Of a DNA stretch of 64,000 nt, positions 36,255-46,245 are shown piece after piece. This DNA is from Janthinobacterium sp. (GTDB taxonomy: Bacteria > Pseudomonadota > Gammaproteobacteria > Burkholderiales > Burkholderiaceae_D): NCBI RefSeq assembly GCF_025356595.1, contig NZ_JANXSQ010000167.1. One strand, given 5' to 3'. The position numbers and the translations under genes are program-made. The first letter of the stretch is position 1. Every line of letters begins with the position of its first letter. The notes below the pieces were generated by a model. That model was not told where the DNA came from. It saw only the letters and a program-made list of their open reading frames with translations, and searched no databases.

Positions 36255-36420
36255 AGGTTTCTCGACGTATTCTATTCGGTAAGGCTGCCCGCGCCGCGCG
36301 CGGGTGACATGGCCCCGGCGACGGGGCCGGGGCGGGTAGCGCATATTTTAAATCTTAATCGAATTGCCAGTGCTACTAATTCAAACCGGCAAGGCCCGGG
36401 GCCGCCGCCGGCGCTCGCGT

Positions 36421-38079
36421 TCAGCGGTTGGCGACGACGATGCGGCGGCTGTCCTGCGCCACCAGGCGCAGCGGCACGCCGCGCCGCTGCAGGTCCGCGT
36501 AGACCTCGTCGCTGACGATGGCGAGGTCGCGCACGCCGGCCTGGGCGTCGCGCGTCCATTGCACGACGAAGGCGTCGACGGTGGGAATGGACAGCTCCGG
36601 TTGTTGCTGCAGGCCGAAGGTGAACTCATCCCGGTAATCGACCAGCGTGACGGTGCGGCGCAGATAGAAGGTCAGCGACTGCTCGTAGGTGCCGACCGAG
36701 TAGATCTTGGTGTCCGGCGCCAGTTCGGCCTGGATACGCTCGACCAGCGCGACGCCGGCGCGGTGCTTGCCGTAGGGCTCGAAGCCGGCCAGTATCAACT
36801 GGGTGGCGAGGAAGCCGGCGCAGGCCAGGGTCAGCACCGTCATGTCGCGGCGCAGATGGCGCGCGTGCAGCAGGGCCAGCGCGCCGCCGGCCAGGGCGAC
36901 GAAGGCGGCCGCCAGCACCCAGGGCTGGTAGGCCTGCAGCAGGACCAGCTCGGAGGCGTGCTTGGTGGAGATCTTGACGATCTGCGGCACGAAGGCCAGG
37001 CCGGCCGCGCCGACGACGAGCAACAGGGCGGCCGCGCCGACGCGGTTCGGCCGCGAGGCCGTTTCCAGGTAGGCCGCCAGCAGCAGGGCCAGGGCCGGGA
37101 AGATCGGCAGGATGTAGCCGGGCAGCTTGGAGCTGGAATAGCTGAAGAAGAAGAAGATGAAGACGGCCCAGACCAGCAGCATCAGCTTGGGCTGGAAGGC
37201 GCCGGGGGCGCGCCGCAGGGCGCCGGCCAGGCTTTGCGGCAACAGGCCGAGCCAGGGCATGATGCCGGGAATGAGCATCGCGAAGAAGTAGTACCAGGCG
37301 CCTTCGCGGTGGTGGGTCTTCAGCAGGAAGCGCTCGAAATGCTCGTGGATGAAGAAGAAGTGCGGCTGCTCGGGATTCTTCAGCCCAACCAGCACGAACC
37401 ACGGCGCGGCGACGGCGAAGAAGAGCAGCAGGCCCTTGCCCAGGTGCAGGCGGCCCCAGATGGCCCAGTCGCGCGCGGCCAGGGTGTACAGCACCAGCAC
37501 GGCGCCCGGCAGCACCAGGCCGATCAAGCCCTTGGCCAGCACCGCCAGCGCCATGCCGGCCCAGCACACCAGCATCCAGTTGCGCCGTTCGCCCGGCGCG
37601 GCGTCGTCGCGCTGGGCGATGAGCAGCGCGCACAGGCAGATCGCCATCATGCCCGACAGGCTCATGTCGAGCGAATCGATCTGCCCGGAGGCGACCCAGA
37701 ACAGGCTGGAGCCGAGGATCAGGCCGGCGTACAGGCCGACGCGCGGGCCGAACACCTTGCGCCCGGCGTGCGCCGTCAGGACCACGCCGAGCAGGCCGCA
37801 GACGCCGGTCCACAGGCGCGCCTGCCAGTCGCCCAGGCCGAAGGCGGCGAAGGAGAGGGCGTTCATCCAGGTTTGCAGGGGCGGCTTCTCGAAATACTTG
37901 ATGCCGTTCAGGCGCGTCGTGATCCAGTCGCCGCTGGCCAGCATCTCGCGGGCCATTTCGGCGTAGCGGCCCTCGTCGGGCGGCACCAGCGTGCGGTAGC
38001 CCAGCATGTACAGGGAGATCAGGATGAGGGCCGCGAGCAGCGACCAGACCAGGGTTTTATTGTTGTGCAGGTCGTTCAT
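36421..38079 (-). CDS. arnT: 4-amino-4-deoxy-L-arabinose transferase (GT39/GT83-type, ArnT-like)
   Basis: Internal ATG at 38079 (MNDLHNNKTLVW..PPDEGRYAEMAREM..FEKPPL). Polytopic membrane protein. ATGA overlap with the upstream gene's stop. Confidence 0.88.
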   Translation of the reverse strand: MNDLHNNKTLVWSLLAALILISLYMLGYRTLVPPDEGRYAEMAREMLASGDWITTRLNGIKYFEKPPLQTWMNALSFAAFGLGDWQARLWTGVCGLLGVVLTAHAGRKVFGPRVGLYAGLILGSSLFWVASGQIDSLDMSLSGMMAICLCALLIAQRDDAAPGERRNWMLVCWAGMALAVLAKGLIGLVLPGAVLVLYTLAARDWAIWGRLHLGKGLLLFFAVAAPWFVLVGLKNPEQPHFFFIHEHFERFLLKTHHREGAWYYFFAMLIPGIMPWLGLLPQSLAGALRRAPGAFQPKLMLLVWAVFIFFFFSYSSSKLPGYILPIFPALALLLAAYLETASRPNRVGAAALLLVVGAAGLAFVPQIVKISTKHASELVLLQAYQPWVLAAAFVALAGGALALLHARHLRRDMTVLTLACAGFLATQLILAGFEPYGKHRAGVALVERIQAELAPDTKIYSVGTYEQSLTFYLRRTVTLVDYRDEFTFGLQQQPELSIPTVDAFVVQWTRDAQAGVRDLAIVSDEVYADLQRRGVPLRLVAQDSRRIVVANR

Positions 38080-38465
38080 CAGGCGCTCGCGCCCGTCTCT
38101 ATGATCAGGGCCAGCGTGGCGCGGCGGCCCTCGCCCATGAGGATGTTGTAGGTGCGGCAGGCGGCCTTGTTGTCCATGCACTCGACGCCGATGCGCGCCA
38201 TGGTCAGGGCGGCGCTCAGTTTCGGGTGGACGAAGCGCTGGCGCGCGCCGGTGCCGAGGATGACGACGTCGGGCTTGTCGGCCAGGATCTGCGCGAAGTG
38301 GGCTTCGGTCAAGTCGTCGAAGGCGGCCACGTTCCAGTCGCGCGGCGGCGTTTCGGGCATGACGAGCAGGCTTCTGGCGAAATGCTTGGCGTTGATTTCA
38401 ACCCCGCTGTCGTCGTAGCCGGTGACGGTCTGATACTGTTTGGTGGTGCTGGGATGGAGCTTCAT
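38079..38465 (-). CDS. Mth938-like (DUF498) domain protein
   Basis: 128 aa. VILGTGARQRF..GVECMDNKAACRTYNIL is typical of the Mth938/NDUFAF3-like family. Translationally coupled to arnT. Confidence 0.8.
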   Translation of the reverse strand: MKLHPSTTKQYQTVTGYDDSGVEINAKHFARSLLVMPETPPRDWNVAAFDDLTEAHFAQILADKPDVVILGTGARQRFVHPKLSAALTMARIGVECMDNKAACRTYNILMGEGRRATLALIIETGASA

Positions 38466-38735
38466 GGGCGTGTCCGTGCGTGAAGTGGTCGTCGATGCTT
38501 GGGCGGCCCCGACGTGCGGAGGCCGCGCCGAAGGGCGTCAGCATGCCATAAATGGCGAAAAAGCGCGAATTGCGGGCGATAAGTGCGCATATCGGCCGGC
38601 GGCGTCATTGTAGCGTTTTTCGCGGACGCTACTATTAAGGTTGATAAAATCGAAGGCTTTCGGCAGAATGGTCATTTCTGCATTGCAGCATGCGCTTGCC
38701 GAGCGCCGCCACGCCCATCACGACAGGATTATATT

Positions 38736-39965
38736 TTGCGACTGATTCAGAAATCGAACAAACTGGCGGATGTCTGCTACGACATCCGCGGCCCGGTCTT
38801 GGAGAAGTCCAAGCAGATGGAGGACGAGGGCCACAAGATCATCAAGCTGAATATCGGCAACCTGGCCGTGTTCGGCTTCGATCCGCCGGACGAGATCGTC
38901 CACGACATGATCGTCAACCTGCCCAACGCGGCCGGCTACACGGATTCGAAGGGCATGTTCGCGCCGCGCAAGGCCGTCATGCACTACACGCAGAGCAAGA
39001 ACATCGCCGGCGTCACCATCGACGACATCTACCTGGGCAACGGCGCCTCGGAACTGATCGTGATGGCCATGAACGCCCTGCTCAACGACGGCGACGAGGT
39101 GCTGGTGCCGGCGCCCGACTATCCGCTGTGGACGGCGGCCGTCAGCCTGTCCGGCGGCAGCCCGGTGCACTACGTGTGCGACGAGCAGGCCGACTGGTAT
39201 CCCGACATCGACGACATGCGCCGCAAGATCACCGCCAACACGCGCGCCATCGTCGTCATCAACCCGAACAACCCGACCGGCGCGCTGTACCCGGTCGAAG
39301 TGCTCGAGCAGATCATCGAACTGGCGCGCCAGCACCAGTTGATCATCTTCGCCGACGAAATCTACGACAAGACCCTGTACGACATGGCCGAGCACGTGTC
39401 CATGGCCTCGCTGGCCGACGACGTGCTGTTCATCACCATGAACGGCCTGTCGAAGAACTACCGTTCCTGCGGCTACCGCGCCGGCTGGATGGTGGTGTCG
39501 GGCGAGAAGCGCCACGCCAAGGACTACATCGAGGGCCTCAACATGCTGGCCTCGATGCGCCTGTGCGCCAACGTGCCGGGGCAGTTTGCGATCCAGACTG
39601 CGCTGGGCGGCCACCAAAGCATCGCCGAGCTGGTGGGGCCGGGCGGGCGCCTGCTGAAACAGCGCGACCTGGCGCACAAGCTGCTCACCGACATCCCCGG
39701 CGTGACGTGCGTGAAGCCGAAGGCGGCGCTGTACATGTTCCCGCGCCTGGACCCGAAGATCTACCCGATCGCCGACGACCAGCAATTCGCCTACGAACTG
39801 CTGGCCGAGGAAAAAGTGCTGATCGTCCAGGGCACCGGCTTCAACTGGATCGCGCCGGACCATTTCCGCGTCGTCTTCCTGCCCAACTCGGACGATCTGA
39901 CCGAAGCCTTCGGCCGCATCGCGCGCTTCCTCGACGGCTACCGCCGCCGCGCCAGCCTGGGCTAA
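38736..39965 (+). CDS. alaA: Alanine/glutamate-pyruvate aminotransferase (class I PLP aminotransferase, AlaA-like)
   Basis: TTG at 38736 with AGGA 7 nt upstream gives MRLIQKSNKLADVCYDIRGPV, matching recalled AlaA N-termini. NPNNPTG and SKNYRSCGYR motifs. The upstream part of ORF 38583 was rejected. Confidence 0.9.
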   Translation: MRLIQKSNKLADVCYDIRGPVLEKSKQMEDEGHKIIKLNIGNLAVFGFDPPDEIVHDMIVNLPNAAGYTDSKGMFAPRKAVMHYTQSKNIAGVTIDDIYLGNGASELIVMAMNALLNDGDEVLVPAPDYPLWTAAVSLSGGSPVHYVCDEQADWYPDIDDMRRKITANTRAIVVINPNNPTGALYPVEVLEQIIELARQHQLIIFADEIYDKTLYDMAEHVSMASLADDVLFITMNGLSKNYRSCGYRAGWMVVSGEKRHAKDYIEGLNMLASMRLCANVPGQFAIQTALGGHQSIAELVGPGGRLLKQRDLAHKLLTDIPGVTCVKPKAALYMFPRLDPKIYPIADDQQFAYELLAEEKVLIVQGTGFNWIAPDHFRVVFLPNSDDLTEAFGRIARFLDGYRRRASLG

Positions 39966-40023
39966 CCCAATTAACCTGGCGCCGGCCGGCCCAATGCGGG
40001 CCGGCGCCGCAGAAAAGAAGACT

Positions 40024-41346
<1,323 letters not shown>

Positions 41347-41361
41347 TTGTTGGATGTTCAG

Positions 41362-41394
41362 AAAAAAAGCGGCGATCTGATCGCCGCTTTTTTT
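41362..41394 (+). terminator. Strong (bidirectional-looking) terminator after hom
   Basis: A7-GCGGCGA-tctga-TCGCCGC-T7. Confidence 0.85.
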
Positions 41395-41647
41395 GTGCCT
41401 GGGGGGGGCTACGCAACTGACCCAAAGGCATACGAATCAATAGCTTGCGATGCTAATGAGTTTGACTCGTTCAAGTCAGCCACTTACTCTTCGCTCCCCG
41501 GCTCGACCACGGGAGCAGAAAGTTAGCCTAATCGGACAAGCACCGTCTCAAATGCGTTCGTCACTTGGTGACAGAACGTTACCCGTGGGGTGAAGTTAAT
41601 TTTTGGGGCTGCATGAGTCGAGTTCGCGAAATAAATACGGCGCTACC

Positions 41648-43189
41648 CTAACCGCGAGGCAAGGGGGTCTTCGTCTGCTCACGAACTAAGTCAGCGAAGA
41701 ACTTCGCAAGTGGCTGGACATTCTGGTAGGAGCTGGCCTGTTCAAGGGCAGCCATGTAGGGGCTGCGCTGTTGCAGCGGTACGATAGTCCAGACGTAGCC
41801 GCCCGTAACGAGCATCGCATTGAAAATGAAACGAGCCAGGCGCCCGTTTCCATCCATATACGGGTGAATGTAGACAAAGAAAAAGTGCCCTAGGACTGCG
41901 CGCACCGCCGAGTGTGGTTCGGATGCGAGGAGTTCGAAAAAGACTGGCATGCAATCGCGTACTGCCTCTTTGGACAATGGCACATGCAAAGCGCCACGAA
42001 TAAACACTTGGTCGTTCCGCCAGCCGGCCAGGTCCGAAGGCTTCAGAATGCCCGCTGTGACGCTTGGGCTAAAGAGTGCCCGATACCAGGAGCTCAACGC
42101 CTCATGGAGTGGCCAATTCGAGGGTTTTGTTCGAATGGCCGTTTCAATGTAATCCTTGAGCTTGAGGTGCGCTTCGAAGTAGCCTTTCGCCGCCATCGCG
42201 TCTCGGGCCTTTATGTCGTCTCCGTCTGGCTGCCATTGTCCATTCCGTACCTTCTCTATGAGATCGGGGGTGACTCGATAGCCCTCGATAGAAAGCGAAT
42301 GATAGGCGTCTGTAAGGTATCGCTCCTCCACCTGCGCCAGCGTGTCTTGAACGTTCCCGGGAGCCTTATCTGGAGCAGGGAACTCGTCGATGACTGTCTG
42401 CCGCATTTGTTGCCACATCAAACGCAAACGTTGAACGTACGGTGATTCAGGACGGCCGGCTGGAAGTTGCGCGGGTGCAACTTCAAACGGCATCGACTCA
42501 GTCACAGTTATGTTCACTGAGCGCATGGTCTCCAGAATCTCGTCTGCGACTTGGCTGCGGCCAATGGCGCGCATTCCGCCGGCAAGCCGTCCTGCGATGT
42601 GGGCGTGACCGCCATCGAGAAGAGGACGAAGTAGCTCAGTAAGGTCTTCGAGGCTTGCAAGCGCGATGCGCGCCGCCAATGGCTGCTGAGTAAAAAATGC
42701 AGGACCTACCGCCATGAGTGCTGCTGCTAAGGTGGCAAGGCGCAGCCCTCCGGCATCATGCGAGTCCTTGGAGTCGCACAGTTTTGGCGCTCGATATAAG
42801 AAAAGAGAGCAGCCATGGGGAAGTTTGACCAGCTGATTATTAGCGGCAAATGCCCATACCTGCAGCTGTTGCGGCAAACTGCGTTCGCCGGTTCTGAGCA
42901 TCAGCGATTGGTCCGGGGAGAGGTGCCAATCGGCTCCAAATCGCTCCTCGCAGTAGCCGGCGATGAACTCTCGCATGCGTGCGAACCACGCTGATGAGCT
43001 TCCGGCCTTCTCATCCGGACGGGATGCAAGATACCAGCCGCGAACGACCTCCTGAATAAAGCCCGATGCCTGCAGCCGCTGGCGGTCCATGCGCGGTAAG
43101 TCAGCGCTACGAAGTACGTGTTTGCCAGCCTTCTGCAGATCTGCCAGGAGTGTCAGTGATTTCGCAAGCAATTCCTGCTGGGTAGCCAT
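41648..43189 (-). CDS. Fic/Fido-domain protein with an N-terminal AbiEi-like wHTH region
   Basis: Fic motif HPYMDGNGRLAR. Class II inhibitory motif SLSIEG lies upstream in the same chain. The N-terminus ..HVLRSADLPRMDRQRLQASGFIQEVVRGWYLAS resembles AbiEi_4-type antitoxin HTHs. GC is lower than in the flanks. Confidence 0.88.
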   Translation of the reverse strand: MATQQELLAKSLTLLADLQKAGKHVLRSADLPRMDRQRLQASGFIQEVVRGWYLASRPDEKAGSSSAWFARMREFIAGYCEERFGADWHLSPDQSLMLRTGERSLPQQLQVWAFAANNQLVKLPHGCSLFLYRAPKLCDSKDSHDAGGLRLATLAAALMAVGPAFFTQQPLAARIALASLEDLTELLRPLLDGGHAHIAGRLAGGMRAIGRSQVADEILETMRSVNITVTESMPFEVAPAQLPAGRPESPYVQRLRLMWQQMRQTVIDEFPAPDKAPGNVQDTLAQVEERYLTDAYHSLSIEGYRVTPDLIEKVRNGQWQPDGDDIKARDAMAAKGYFEAHLKLKDYIETAIRTKPSNWPLHEALSSWYRALFSPSVTAGILKPSDLAGWRNDQVFIRGALHVPLSKEAVRDCMPVFFELLASEPHSAVRAVLGHFFFVYIHPYMDGNGRLARFIFNAMLVTGGYVWTIVPLQQRSPYMAALEQASSYQNVQPLAKFFADLVREQTKTPLPRG

Positions 43190-43303
43190 TGCACTATTCT
43201 TAAGTAATTTATTGCACTAGTTAGATGTATTGAGCTTCACTATTTTAATGCAATGTATCACACTAATTTTGAGTATTCAATTTCACTAGTTTGGCGTAGC
43301 TCG
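43189..43303. repeat. Five tandem degenerate direct repeats with an exact 23-bp period (consensus TTnCACTAnTTTnnnGTAnT)
   Basis: CACTA occurs at 43192, 43215, 43238, 43261 and 43284. T at column 10, G at column 16 and A at column 18 are invariant. The array starts at the fic start codon and extends 115 bp upstream. Confidence 0.85.
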
Positions 43304-43472
43304 CGGCGCGTGGGGCGCCAATGCCGGGCGGCCCTGACTCCGACCACCGCCCCGTCGCATACAGGCAACGGGTCCCATTCTGCTTCCCGACAGGGGCCGC
43401 AGGTTCAGCCCTCGTTGCCGGCACGGCCCTGGCTTGCGGCCGGACGGCGCAAACCCGCATGAGCGGGCGCTG

Positions 43473-43958
43473 CTATTTTTTCGCAGCCGCCTCGCCCTTG
43501 GCACCCGCGCGCCTGGCGAGCAATGGGATCCGTTCAGTCGCGCTCACATCGCGGATCGCGACATCCCACGCGCCATGCGGAGCGGCGGCGAAAGAAACCG
43601 TGTAGACGTGACCCGCCTCGACATCGATGATTTTTTTCAGCGGGAAGCGCGAGCTCGAGCTCGAGGTAGTCAGGTCTATGTGATACGTGTATTCGACGAC
43701 ATGCTTGCCCGGCAAGATCTCTATTTCTCTACCGCCCAGCGTGACCGGAAATTCCGACCGGACGTAGTCGTCCACGAGAATGCCATCGACGCTATACATG
43801 TTAATTGCCTGACTATTCAGAAAGACGCCCACGTCGTCGAGTGCGTGCAGATTTCCCGCGTAAACGGGAATCCGCCGGGGAGTCATTGTTGCTGAGCAGG
43901 CACTGAGTAAAAGCAATGCGGTGACGCATGCAACAGTGCGAAGTTGATGTTTGAGCAT
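43473..43958 (-). CDS. Hypothetical lipoprotein
   Basis: MLKHQLRTVACVTALLLLSAC signal peptide with lipobox. Beta-rich mature part. No family recognised. The alternative start is 43982. Confidence 0.65.
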   Translation of the reverse strand: MLKHQLRTVACVTALLLLSACSATMTPRRIPVYAGNLHALDDVGVFLNSQAINMYSVDGILVDDYVRSEFPVTLGGREIEILPGKHVVEYTYHIDLTTSSSSSRFPLKKIIDVEAGHVYTVSFAAAPHGAWDVAIRDVSATERIPLLARRAGAKGEAAAKK

Positions 43959-44060
43959 TTGAAAACCAATTAGTTGATGCATGGAAACATTATTGTAGCA
44001 TCATCTGACTTCACGCCGTCCCAAAAACACCGGCCCGCGACCGCGCGCCGACCCTCGTCC

Positions 44061-45542
44061 TTAAGCCTGCGGCCGCGTTTCCTGCGCGGCGGCGGGGAAG
44101 CTGACCGTGACGCGCAGGCCGCGTCCGCCTGCGCCGTCGGCCAGGCTGACGGCGGCGCCGTGCAGGGCGGCGATGTCGCGCACGATGGCCAGGCCCAGGC
44201 CGGCGCCGCCGGGGTTGCGCTCGAGCGCGGCGGCGGCGCGGTAGAAGGGCGCGAAGACGCGCTCGCGCTCGGCGGCGGCGATGCCGGCGCCGTTGTCCTC
44301 GACCTCCAGGATGGCGGCTTCGCCGTCGCGCGCCACGCGCAGGCTGACGCTGCCGCCGTCGGCCGTGTAGCGCAGCGCGTTGTCGACCAGGTTGGCCACC
44401 AGTTCGTGCAGCAGCAGCGCCTGGCCGTGCACGAGGGCGTCGTCGGCGCCGTCGAGCGACAGGTCGATGCCGCGCGCCACGGCGAGCAGGGCCATCTCCA
44501 GTCCCACCTGCTGCAGCACGGCGCGCAGCGACACCGGCGCCATGCCGGCCGCCACGCCGCCGTGTTCGACGCGCGCCAGCGTCAGCAGGCGGTTCGCCAG
44601 ATGCACGGTGGCGTCGGTGGTGGCGGCGATGGAGCGCACGATGTCGGCCAGCGCGGCCGGGTCGCCGGCGCCGCGCCGGAATTCGCGCTGCGCCAGTTCG
44701 GCCTGGGTCTTCAGCACCGTCAGCGGCGTGCGCAACTGGTGCGAGGCGTCGGCGATGAAGCGGCGCTGGCTGGCGATCAGGTCCTGCAGGCGCGCCATCG
44801 AGCCGTTCATGGCCGTCACCAGCGGGCGCATCTCGCGGTGCACCAGCGCCGGGTCGACGTCGGACAGGTCGGCCGGGGTGCGCGTCTCGAGCGCGCTTTT
44901 CAGGCGCATCAGCGGGCGCAGTACCAGGCGCACGGCGAACCAGACCAGGGTCGCCACGGCCAGCACCATGCCGGCCTGCCACAGCAGCGTGTCGAACAGG
45001 ATCTGGTTCGACAGGCCGCGCCGCGCGTCCAGCGTTTCGCCCACCTGGATCAGGGCGATGCCGCGCATCGAGTCGTCGTAGACCGGCTGCAGCAGGGCGG
45101 CGATGCGGATCGGCTCGCCGTTGTAGTTGGCGTGGTAGAAGCGCACCAGCGCCGGGTAGGCTTCCGAGCGCGGCACGTTGGCGGGCACCGCCGGCAGGTC
45201 GTCGTAGCCGGACACCAGTTCGCCGTGGATGCCGGTGACCTTGTAGTAGATGCGCCCCAGGGTGTCGGTCTCGAAGCTGTCGAGGGCGACGTAGGGCACG
45301 TCGGCGACGACCTTGCCGCCGACGATGGAGACGCGCTCGGCCAGCGCCCGCGTCGAGGCCAGCAGCGAGCGGTCGTAGGCCATGTCGGCCGCGTCGAGGG
45401 CGTTGCGGTAGACCGAGACGGCGTTCAGCGCCACCAGCATGACGAGGGGGATCAGCAACCAGCGCAGCAGTTCGTTGCGCAGGCTGCCCAGCGGCGCGCC
45501 GCCGCCCAGGCGGCTCTTCAGGCGCGCCAGCGCGCCGCCCAT
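44061..45542 (-). CDS. tctE: Two-component sensor histidine kinase (TctE-like)
   Basis: Two TM segments around a periplasmic domain. H-box ASHQLRTPLT. N, G1 and G2 boxes (DNALRY, DNGAGI, GGAGLGLAIV). Confidence 0.88.
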   Translation of the reverse strand: MGGALARLKSRLGGGAPLGSLRNELLRWLLIPLVMLVALNAVSVYRNALDAADMAYDRSLLASTRALAERVSIVGGKVVADVPYVALDSFETDTLGRIYYKVTGIHGELVSGYDDLPAVPANVPRSEAYPALVRFYHANYNGEPIRIAALLQPVYDDSMRGIALIQVGETLDARRGLSNQILFDTLLWQAGMVLAVATLVWFAVRLVLRPLMRLKSALETRTPADLSDVDPALVHREMRPLVTAMNGSMARLQDLIASQRRFIADASHQLRTPLTVLKTQAELAQREFRRGAGDPAALADIVRSIAATTDATVHLANRLLTLARVEHGGVAAGMAPVSLRAVLQQVGLEMALLAVARGIDLSLDGADDALVHGQALLLHELVANLVDNALRYTADGGSVSLRVARDGEAAILEVEDNGAGIAAAERERVFAPFYRAAAALERNPGGAGLGLAIVRDIAALHGAAVSLADGAGGRGLRVTVSFPAAAQETRPQA

Positions 45543-45543
45543 C

Positions 45544-46245
45544 TCAGCGCGCCGCCGTCGCGCCGCGCGGCTGCAGCAGGTAGCCGATGCCGCGCAGGGT
45601 GGTGATGGCGGCCGCGTCGGGGGCGCCGCTTTCGAGCTTCTTGCGCACGCGGTGGATGTACAGTTCGATGGCGTCGAGGTTGGCGTCGTCCTCCAGCGCG
45701 AAGACTTCGTCGAACAGCTTTTCCTTCGACACGGCGCGCCCCGCGCGGGTGATCAGGGCCTCCAGCACGGCGTGCTCGCGCGGCGTCAGCGCCAGCGCCG
45801 CGCCGGCGTAGGTGAACATGCGCGTGATGGTGTCGAAGCTGAGCGCGCCGCACTGGTGCACCAGCGCCTCGTTGCCCTGGCTGCGGCGCAGCAGGGCCTT
45901 CACGCGCGCCTCCAGTTCGGCCAGTTCGAAGGGCTTGGCCAGGTAGTCGTCGGCGCCCAGGTTGAGGCCCTGCACGCGCTCGTCCAGGCCGCCGCGCGCC
46001 GTGAGTATCATCACCGGCGTCTTGGCGCGCGGGCCGCCGCGCGCGCGCAGGCGCTTCAGCACGTCGAGGCCGTCCATGCGCGGCAGCGTCAGGTCGAGCA
46101 GCACCAGCGCGTAGTCCTGGGTGTGCAGCAGGGCGTCGGCGTCGGCGCCGTTGTTGACCGTTTCGACCGTCAGGTGGGTGTCGCGCAGGGCCTTGGCCAG
46201 CCAGCGCGACAGTTCCAGATGGTCTTCGACTAAGAGTATTCGCAT
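45544..46245 (-). CDS. tctD: OmpR-family response regulator (TctD-like)
   Basis: MRILLVEDH..LDLTLP receiver domain plus a winged-helix output domain (TLRGIGY). Confidence 0.9.
   Translation of the reverse strand: MRILLVEDHLELSRWLAKALRDTHLTVETVNNGADADALLHTQDYALVLLDLTLPRMDGLDVLKRLRARGGPRAKTPVMILTARGGLDERVQGLNLGADDYLAKPFELAELEARVKALLRRSQGNEALVHQCGALSFDTITRMFTYAGAALALTPREHAVLEALITRAGRAVSKEKLFDEVFALEDDANLDAIELYIHRVRKKLESGAPDAAAITTLRGIGYLLQPRGATAAR

Noticed and set aside
36343-36386. An AT-rich stretch between arnT and arnB, inspected for PmrA-type (CTTAAT-N5-CTTAAT) or sigma54 boxes.
   Set aside because: It has TTTAAA/CTTAAT-like words, but the spacing does not fit a PmrA box. No convincing -35/-10 pair could be placed. 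It is kept only as a probable internal promoter region in the arn finding.
43253-43605. Small ORFs (60-94 aa, both strands) between fic and the lipoprotein gene, considered as a possible separate antitoxin.
   Set aside because: Their translations are Arg/Pro/Ala-rich. They lack an RBS and overlap each other in several frames. The Fic protein already carries its own inhibitory motif.
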